A stretch of DNA of 64,000 bases from Antedon mediterranea. Lineage: Eukaryota > Animalia > Echinodermata. A model generated the notes under the pieces. The model was not told the origin of the DNA and searched no databases. It worked only from the letters and a program-made list of their open reading frames with translations. Both the position numbers and the translations under genes were made by a program. The DNA lies in contig NC_092675.1 of NCBI RefSeq assembly GCF_964355755.1, forward strand, positions 3,405,812 to 3,469,811. The letters run 5' to 3'. This document shows positions 54,208 to 64,000 of this stretch, piece after piece (position 1 is the stretch's first letter; every line of letters begins with the position of its first letter).

Positions 54208-56346
54208 CTAACAGTTATCAGGTCTGACACCGCACTTGCTTACAAAATTAATTTTCTTTATCTGATTGAACTTGTAAAACTTCAGCAAAGTCATTTCCAA
54301 ACCATGCAGTCACATGAATGTTATCCACAGTGAAGTAGTACAACTTGTCTTGGCATGCTTTACGACGGTAGCTTGATCGAGGATCTGCTGCTAAGATCGC
54401 TGCTATTGCTTGCTTAGCTTCTTCTGCACTTGTAAAATATTCGAAAAAATCTGATAAATAAAATAAATGCAGTTAGTACCAATTAATATTTTTTACAAAT
54501 ATTTGCAAAATTCTAACTATGAATAAACACTACATAACTACTTGTGATCAGCGATGCAAAACAATGCTTTTTCTGTAATAAGTAATTGCGTCTCTAGTGG
54601 GAACCAAGCATTAATAAATTAACATATACGTCTACCATCCTAATAGTTTACCTTTAGACTGCGTGAAATGTTCTAACTGCATGTCCGCACTGTGCGTAAA
54701 CCGTACTTTAAGCTCTTGAATTGGCGGGGCAGCAATCCAGTCTGCTACTTTAACATCATCAACCAATCCTTCTGGCTTTCCACCAGGTAACTCAATTTCT
54801 TCTGGTTTGACATTCTCTAACTTGGTTCCATCTGGTATGCGTCCCTCTAAGCTTAATTCTTCAGGTCTGGTTCTTTCAATATTTGATGAGGTTGTACCTT
54901 CCATACTGGACGTTGCTAAATGTCCATCATAGCAAGAATCTGTGGATAACACTCTCTGAGGTACCTCTTGGCTAGGATCAGTTCTAAAAGCCTGATCGGG
55001 TCTATCATACATTGGTACATATGGTTTGATGTCATATATTGGTGTGTTATCAATGATATCTATACCAGATACGTATATAGTATCACCTATTGAAAACATA
55101 AATAGATTAACATTTTATTCCAATGCATGTGAAGAGCATGAATACACATTTTAATATCAATCACAGGCTAGATAATATATATCCTTACCCTGTATTTTAT
55201 CTAGCTTTGCCAGTGACAAGCCAATGGGGTTTGGCCTGTGTGGACTCCTTGTTGAAAATAGACCAATTTTTTCTCCATCCAGCCGAGGTGGTTTTACCTT
55301 TGATTTTGTAAAATTTGTTCGTGGTCCATTGTCATGAAATGCAAATAAAATCCTGACAAAAAAATAAAAATTACTATTTATATCTTTATTTGTTCCAATG
55401 CAAAAAATTGAGAAAATATTGACCACTATCTATGGTGCAGGGCAGTCAAAGAAAAATAGATGATGATTCTGAAATATTAATTATTAATTAAAATTTGTTT
55501 AATTTTATATTCTTTCATGAATGAGTAAATATTTATTTAAAATTGAAATTAAGGTACTATTACCATACATGAGAGAAGCTTGCCAAACCTTGTAAGCTGT
55601 GTTCAGGTTGGTCAAAGACTGACTTTGATATCTGAAGACATCCTTTTGCAAAACTACAAATTGATGGTTGTCTTGGTGTACCATTCTTACTTTTGAAACA
55701 GGACCGAAGGTAACCAATCGGTTTCATTGATGGTAACTCAGGTGAAGAACGTTTTGGTAAAGTTATCATTTCTTCTTTTTGTTGTTCATTTTGCACTTCA
55801 ATTTTTATTTTCTTGGAAAAATTTGATTCTTTTTCTGAGAATTTTATTAAGTTGTTTATTGCTGCAACATCTTTGTGGTAAACTCGTTTCAGTGTTTCCA
55901 TTTGCTGGCTGAAAATAACATAACAATATATTTTTAATTTATAAATCATTCACTCCAGTCCTCGAATTAGAATTATTTGAATTTTTAATTTAAGAACATT
56001 TTACAGTAAATTTTGTTCTCAATAAGACCCATGCCCACAACAGAGAGTTACGATTTTTTAACATTGTGTTACATCACCATGTTATTTTTGTTGGTTACGC
56101 TTCGATGCACAGCATTGCCATCGGTTTGTCATATCGACCGAGGTCCTAGCTAGAGGGTATTGTCAAAGAACTTATAACACTTTGGTATTGTTAATACAGT
56201 AGTTTTAAATTATTATGATCAAATAAACTAGACTACACTGTACTGTCTGATGAGTAGATGAATAAATTATTATTATCAAGTTACCGGATGTTTTTAAGCT
56301 CTTTACGAGCAATCTGTATCTGCTCCACCCAGCTGGAGGCTGCCAT
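54208..56346 (-). CDS. TRMO: tRNA (adenine(37)-N6)-methyltransferase (TsaA/TrmO family)
   Basis: Exons 56346-56285, 55908-55564, 55352-55189, 55086-54652, 54450-54208. Motifs PIGYLRSCFKSKNGTPRQ, FSHVWILFAFH, KVKPPRL, GLFSTRSPHRPNPIGLS, GIDIIDNTPIYDIKPYVP and DPRSSYRR. Confidence 0.95.
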
Positions 56347-56544
56347 TTTGAATACCCATGTTTATGCTGTTCAAAATGTTTTAAAATATGATGTATAAAT
56401 CAACACAAATATTTAAAATGTATAGCTAAATATTATAATAAAATATCAGTAGTCTACAATGGAAATACATAATAATTTAGATCTAATAAACTAATTATAC
56501 TATAACAAATAGTATGTTAATATTTCAATGTTATATTACTATGG

Positions 56545-56553
56545 GCCACGTCA
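56545..56553 (-). promoter_or_regulatory. UPRE/CREB3-type element TGACGTGGC in the TRMO-CREB3L intergenic promoter
   Basis: GCCACGTCA on the + strand in an otherwise very AT-rich stretch between the divergent genes. Confidence 0.5.
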
Positions 56554-57478
56554 ACGATATGGACGTATCTGAAATGCTGTCATAATCTAAAAATAGATTT
56601 CCACCCACTGTTTACACATCACCAGCAACACATAAGAACAGATTCTGAGGGAAGCAAGTCTTGTTTTTGTATTATTAAGAAAATTAGACGTCTTTTTTTG
56701 CAAACCAATCTGCCAGATTTTTTTAAAAGGCTGAGGTAAACCTTGGTTATTATTTTGTAGAAAATAGTAGTTAAAATCGTTATATATTATAATGTATAAA
56801 GTAAAGCAATGCAAAAACAGGAACAGGAGGGACAGAAAAGAGACAGGCTAGCCTAGCTAGAGGGCAGTGGTGGTGTGTATATATAGGCTTTAGTCCTCTG
56901 TTCTGTTGCATAGGACTACTTGGTCCAGAGAGGCCTAGGACTATTTGGTCCAGAGAGGCATTTGTTCAGTTATGTAGACCTTGCCCTAGACTACTAGTTA
57001 CTACCTAGTACTAGAGAGGAAGTGATGATTACAGAAATAAAGATAATTCATTCATTAAAATAACATACAGTATTTATTACTTTATTAATTAGCCTTTTAT
57101 TTTATTTGAGTAACTTGAAAACAAGTAATTTGTAAACAGATATCTAGCTATGCTTTATATGGAGTTATATAGACCTAGATGTCCAGGGTGATGTAAAATA
57201 AAAAGAGCATCCTCATTTAAAGTTAATAATACTGAACCATATAATTGTCACTACCTCCAAATTGAATCTACATTACTAAACTATGCCATCCCTACATGTT
57301 TGTAATAATGATTTAATTTCATAAATTATAAAGTCCTATTGCATGTTCTTAATTCCATGAACTCTATATAACTGAAACAGATTTAAATACTTTATAAACG
57401 AAAGGAAAGAATTGTAGATCGAAATTTACAAATGTATAATAAATATTGTTGGCAGGAATCCAAAGGCAGAAATCTAAG

Positions 57479-60400
57479 ATGTCTTCAGAAGAGGTAGTGG
57501 CAGCAACTAGACTGTTGTCAACAGCAGATGAACTGGACCTGTTATTTGATATCAACACAGGCATTCTGGTGGATGATGATATGATATCTCCCAGTAATCC
57601 AGACTTTTTTCAGCTGGTATGTAAGAATTCTTAAAAAACTTGTTATGTTGGAGTCACCTTGAAATGCATGGAAAGCAAGGACCCACTCTTTGCTACACAC
57701 TTGGAAAAAGTGATATCTAAGTCTTTATTATTGAAATGATGTGTTTACCAATACCCGACAATAATAATGTATAGCTGATAGCTGGTGGTTTATGGGTTCA
57801 AACTTCCACCTTATATAATGAACTTTTTTAAAGAAAAAAAAACCTCAATTTAAATCTTTAATCTGTACCTGTGTATTAATTGAGTGTTTTAACATTTTCT
57901 TTGTTTATTCTTAATATTTAAATCAAAAACATCAAACCTGTTTTTGTATGAGTCTTCTAATCAAATACATTTCTGCAGGATTGTAAGACTGGTTTAACCG
58001 ATGATGTCTTCAACGAGTTGTTACAACTACCAAATGCAGAAATTCAAGATCATTCAGATATCTTATACACAACTGAAGTATGCTCACCAGTAAGCAGCGA
58101 CAGTGGAATATCAGACGATCAAAAATCACCGTATCACAGCACATCAGAAGCTAGTCCCGTCGGTATTGAAGACATCCCACTTATGGATTCCTACCAATCA
58201 AATGCTAGTCCTCTCGGGGTTGATGAAATCCCAGCGTCAGAATCGTACCTGGATACGTTTGATTTAAGTAGTATCTTGACTGGATCTGATGCCATGTTGA
58301 TTGATGGAGATCTGATCACTGTGACAACATCGGATGGAAAATCTACTGACATGGCTATTCAGTTTTCAGGTAAATTAATTTGCTTACTCTGTTTAAAATT
58401 TATTATATCACTGTAAATAAATTTGATATTGATATAAAATAAAATGTCATGGTGGAATTTACAAAACGTTCCAGCTTAGTATCATCATTAGCTTCATCAT
58501 TAGCTTCTTTAATTGATTTCATTAATTTTTTCATTGGAGAATAACAACTCCACAACAAACCTACTGGTATTTTGTAGGTCATCCTGGTATTTAATCAATC
58601 CTATTTGGTTGGTACAGTGGGTCATTCTGGTATTTAATAAATCCTATTTGGTTGGTACAATGAGTCATTCTGGTATTTAATAAATCCTATTTGGTTAGTA
58701 CAGTAGGTCATTCTGGTATAATATATTGTCTTGTCAATCAATATATCACCTAGTAGTCGGTATATCGTCCTGGTATTCAGTATCCCCTTGGTTGTGTCAC
58801 CAATCATTAAATCCTCTTGGTAGTTGGTGGGTTCTATACTTCTGGTATTCGGTGCTCTCCTGATGGTCTGTATATTCTACTGGCAGTTGACATGTTTTCC
58901 TTGTATTCAGTGTCCTTTCTTGGTAGTTAATAGTCTCCTGGTAGTCAGTATATCATTCTGGTGTATCCTAAGATATCCTGAGATTTGCCAAGTGACTTTA
59001 CTTGTATTGTTCAGCACTATGTAATGATTATTATCACTACTCTTTCAGCAGAACCTAAAGAGCCAGCAGTGAAGTATGTTAAGATGGCTACAGACTCTCT
59101 ACCATTGTTTATCAAAGAAGACACATCTTCATTTGAAAACATTATCAGCACAGACAGTAAAGTAAGTACTACTGTACAATTTCTTTCTGTTTTCTCTCAG
59201 AGCGTTGGGACAATCTTTTGATTGTATAAGCGCTTTATAAATCGAACAACATTACATTGCATTTAGTATGTTTTAACCGATTTCTCATTATTATTATTAT
59301 TATTATTATTATTTGTAACACATCATTTATATTTTTTTATTCAGAAGTTTCCAGCTTTGACATTAACAGATGAGGAGAAGAAGTTGTTAGATGATGCGAA
59401 CGTTGCACTCCCATCTCACTATCCATTGACAAAGGTAAAGTTTTTACGTTCCGTTTCCACTGCGATAGAGAATACAAATTTAAATACCGTATTTTGAAAG
59501 AATGGTATTTTCTTGCCAACAGGAATGGGTCCACATGAGGAGAACCAATAATAAATATGTTTTAAAAAAACTTCAATTGATTATGGCTTTGATTGTTAAA
59601 TACTGGTGTTAAACATGGTTTTTTTTTTAAATTTAAACTAATAATCACAGATAATAATTAATTAAATTTAGCTGTTTTAGTGTCATTTGGTCATGGATTA
59701 AGATTATTTTGCTATAGATGATACCAGATCTAAAAAATTATTATTCTTTTTAAAGCTGCAATTGGAGAGACATATAAATGTTTTTCTATTTTTTTAACTG
59801 TAGTATTGCATTTCTTTTTAGGATGAAGAGAAATCACTGAAAGCAGTCAGAAGAAAAATTAGAAACAAGGTAAATACATATTTTAAATATAGTATAATTT
59901 GGATGATTGTTAACCCTGTAATCAATCTCAATCTTGCTGACCTATATCTATGGATAAGTACACCCATCACTTGCACAGTGCACAGTAAATGTCAATTGTT
60001 AATTTTGGTAAAAACTATTTTTTAGATATCAGCACAAGACAGTCGCAAACGAAAGAAGGAATACGTTGATGGACTAGAACAGCGTGTGCAGAACTGTACG
60101 AGACAAAATATTGAACTTAGGAGAAAGATGGACAGAATTGAGAAGGAAAATAAGTAAGTTTACCATATATCTTTGCTATAGGGAGAGTGTTATTTTTGTC
60201 AATTCCATTGCTCTGAGCTAAATGAATTCACCTTTATTTTACTAGAACATTGTTAGAACAGTTAAAAGATCTTAAGTCATCGGTTTCAAGGGCAACATCT
60301 AAGGCAGTCAGTGCTAGCACATGTGTTATGGTAAGTATACAAATTTAAATTTTAATATTGTTCTCATGCACATGACCAGTTATTAGGGACTTTACGAAAC

Positions 60401-61566
60401 ATGACCTTATATGGGCATATCACATTTTTTGTAAAGTTTTATAGTGTAGACAGAGATTTTTAATAAAATGGGGAAGTACCCAAATAAACGTCCTTGGATA
60501 AAAAAAAACAAGGCCATATACATGGCTGCAGTCGCTTGCTCAAGTTATTGTTTACCGTTGCACGTGACTAAACACACAAATTGTTTTGATTAAAATCCAA
60601 GTTCAAGACAATTCTTGACAAATTACTTTTAAGCATGAAGCCATAACCAAAGTTTTATTTCACTTTCATGGTTCTGTTGACATTACATCTGCAGAAGTCT
60701 ATTTTAATAAATGACCTATCGAACAACACTGTTACAGCCAGAAACACTGTATTTTTTGTAAAATGTGTTGTTGTTTGTTTTGCAGGTCTTTCTATTTTCA
60801 TTTTCATTGTTAGTGGCACCAAGTTTTAATTTGTTCAAGTCATCCCCAATGCCCAACGGTGGCAAACAGAGTGTGGGAGGTAAGTTCAGAAAAAATCGTA
60901 TGTCGTACAATAGTGTAATTTTTATTAAATGAAGTTGCTGAAATCTATACGCTTGTAATCATTTGATTAAAAGAGATTCAGTGTGGCACAACCTCAAATT
61001 TAGTGTGGTCACTTAGCAGTTTATCTTATTTATATAGTTTATATGGTCAGAAACTGTTGGATTTAAAACAACAAAGAGGAAATAGACTACAATAGAATTC
61101 CCCTTTATTTATGAACCAATGGAGGGGAATATGTCTTAACACAAGGCCAACCGCTATTACAAGGACACATTGACGTTGGGTTTCGAAGATGTTTCATTCC
61201 ATAATACAGGGTTATAATGTATTGTTATTGTAGACATTAATTGTACTTTTCTTTACAGTGGTTTCGAGGACATTACTTGGGGTTGATGAGACCGATGTTA
61301 GTTACACGACTGTTTCCCCCGGAACAGTTGAAACAGATGACGACCAACAGATCTTTTGGCGAAAGAATAACATCATAAATAAAAACGTTGAAAATACTGA
61401 CGATTTAGAAGTTATTGATGCTGAACCAGAGATAGAAAAGATGGCAGAGATTCCAACACCAAATGCGCAGTCAGTAAATAAACAAAACATAACTAATTCA
61501 CATAAACAAAAACCAGTTGTGAAAGCTAAAATGGCAGAAGGTCATATTCTTAATGATGACCTATAG
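57479..61566 (+). CDS. Membrane-tethered bZIP transcription factor, CREB3 family (CREB3L3/CREB3L4-like)
   Basis: Exons 57479-57616, 57979-58369, 59049-59161, 59345-59434, 59822-59869, 60026-60153, 60246-60330, 60786-60879, 61259-61566. Motifs: DSGIS degron, ATB domain [11 protein letters not shown]...LPSHYPLTK, b[48 protein letters not shown]1P site RTLL and C-terminal NDDL. Confidence 0.93.
58577..58720. repeat. ~42-bp degenerate tandem repeat, about 3.5 copies
   Basis: ggtcattctggtatttaataaatcctatttggttggtacag repeated, with a more decayed ctggta-rich continuation to ~58980. Confidence 0.85.
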
Positions 61567-62744
61567 CCTATGACATGTATTGTAATTTATTTTTTTTATT
61601 GTAAATAATTTGTAGATATTTTTCAACACAATGGACTAGAAATAGAAATATCTTTAAAAAGCTGTACATATTTAAGATTACTATTAAAACAGACAAATTT
61701 GTTATGTTTTAGAGATGAAGATATTTTAATATATTTTATTTGTTTGACATTGTACATGTTTGAATCTCAGTGTTAATTATATATTTCAATAGATGTTTAT
61801 GTTGAATGAGAGGAAGAAATCTAAAAGACATTTAAATGCGACTAAAATTGGGGGAAAATACATCTCTAACTTAATGTAATAACAGGAATACCACCTGTCA
61901 TAACTAGCTAAAATAATAAAAATAATATGATATTCCATAGTTTGTTTTCTATCATTTGATAGAGTGCCCTCCATTGAACCAATAAATCACTTAAGATGCC
62001 GCCATATACGTAGAACCATGATATAAAGAAATATTCTTTATACTCCGTGGTATAACATTACTTAGTGGAATATAAGGCATTGATAATTTAATTAAAGATT
62101 ATAGTAAAATACCTGCTTACCTACTGTGAGCAAAGTAATTACAAGAAATAATGCTGTTTAGTATTTTCATACCTGGTTAAGATTACATTATAAATTGCTT
62201 TGATATTTTTATTACAAAATTATGACAAGCAAATTGATGTTATTATTTTGTAAAATTTGCGAATTAATTTACTGTTACTAGGGATAGTATGCATTACCAT
62301 GACATTATTTGGTTGTCAATTGTCAGCTCCTAGTATTTCTCGGAGTATCTTAGTTGACATTTTGATTTTTACACATTCATTTGTGAAAATAAAGAAAATA
62401 TTTTAATAACATTTATAGAATTGTTTATGATTATGTTTTTATTGCAATAGAGTAGGGGGTTAATTATTTCAGTTTGATTGGTAAAAGTTTTAGACATATT
62501 ACATGTACAGTATTAGTTTTAGAGAAAATCTTTATTATATCATCATAATGTCTACATAAAATGTGCAAATAAAATAATATAAAATATAACAATATTCTAT
62601 CTATGTTTTTTTTTATTGCAATATGTTTACTAACTCATTACTCATTAATAACATTACATATATATTTTACAAACAATTTGTTTATCTTTTCAAGACATGC
62701 AACTATTTAGTTGTGTAGTAGAAATATAGCACAGAATGACTGTA

Positions 62745-62880
62745 AAGCTCTGTCTACACTATCAAACTTATGTGACAAAAAAATGTGATGTGTCCATACA
62801 GTAAATGCCATATGATGTCATATCACTACCATATTTGGGTATATCACTACCATATTTGGGTATATCACTACCATATTTAG
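62745..62880. mobile_element. MITE family 1, 3'-truncated copy
   Basis: Left TIR plus three internal 21-bp repeats. A right-end remnant also lies at ~60405-60438. Confidence 0.82.
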
Positions 62881-64000
62881 GCTCAGTACATATGTAGTTG
62901 TGCGACTCGTGGTCAGTACCTAAGCATTTGTGTGGCACTGTTGTTCTTAGTACCTACATAATTGCATGGCGCATTGTGAAACACTAATAGTGAACATTTA
63001 CATTGTTTTAGGATGAATTACTGTATACGTTTTGGAGAATTGGAAAAATGTACTTATCAACCTCATTAACTATCAGTACAAATTATCTAAAGTGTATAAA
63101 AATTACATAATTCAATCTGAATTACTTTATCTTGCATCTAAATCTTTTTCCACAATAAATACAATAGCTACACATAATGAATCTCAGTATATCATTACTC
63201 CATTATGAAAATACAAAATACAGACCTATATTACTTTTTACTTTGATAAATGGCACAAATACATAATTGACATTACCTAATATATATTATCTTTATTTAA
63301 AAATCTCGACTGGTTAATGGACAGGAATATTTTGCGAATATCTTCATTGAAAGACCACTTACTTTACAACAAACACGCTATTCTAAATGTTTACTTGTTT
63401 TTTTTTAACATTGTGTACTGTGAATTTTACTTTACTGGCATTCAATACTTTAGGACCAGAAATAAAATAGTTTTTAAAATTTCAAAAATTTTAATTCATG
63501 TACAACATAAACGATCTGTACAGAAGCAGTTAACGGTGCTAGATGTTAAAGAATAATATTTTACATATGCTTACTGGAAATGGGGACCATATCAAAATTA
63601 TTCTACTGCAGTCACTGCAGTAACTACATTTTATTTACTCTTAACCTCTCTTTTTTGGGGTACAGAAATCAACCCTTCTATTGTAGTGACTGCTTCATGA
63701 ATTTCCATACATAAAACAAAGCCATTTCATACATTACTGCAGTAAAAAATGTAGCTACTGCAGTAGAATAATTTTAACATGAACCCTAACATGTACTGTA
63801 GAAAGACATTATAAAGAATGTGAGACTACATCATAAACAAACGATCACGTTGTTACGTGATATTCTACACTAAGAAAACAATATTTTCAATCAATACTGT
63901 TAAACCTAAAGTGGACATTAAAGGATCTATTTCAAAATGGCCTTCCTTCCCTCGGTAAGGACAAATAGGTTATTTCCATGGCAAGTTTACAAGAGGGCAC

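Overview
AT-rich, intron-containing animal (invertebrate) genomic DNA; no prokaryotic features, CRISPR arrays or rRNA. Eight protein-coding loci were spliced by hand: the 3' end of a nucleolar-type FKBP (+), a two-exon orphan ORF (+), and three divergent gene pairs: MPHOSPH10(-)/EEF2(+), CSK-A(-)/CSK-B(+), and TRMO(-)/CREB3L3-4-like(+). The most unusual feature is the CSK pair. CSK-B is a canonical SH3-SH2-kinase. Its intact head-to-head duplicate CSK-A appears to have lost the SH3 domain, starting at the Met equivalent to the SH3 'GMIPANFV' strand. CSK-A also has a tiny in-frame uORF, no SH2 cysteines, and a candidate 27-nt microexon in the SH2-kinase linker. Introns and intergenic DNA hold many MITEs, two tRNA-headed SINE families, Penelope-type fragments with minimal hammerhead ribozymes, tandem repeats and a decayed Ngaro/DIRS-like retrotransposon. 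All calls come from reading the sequence and from remembered family motifs. No database search was run, and repeat boundaries are approximate.
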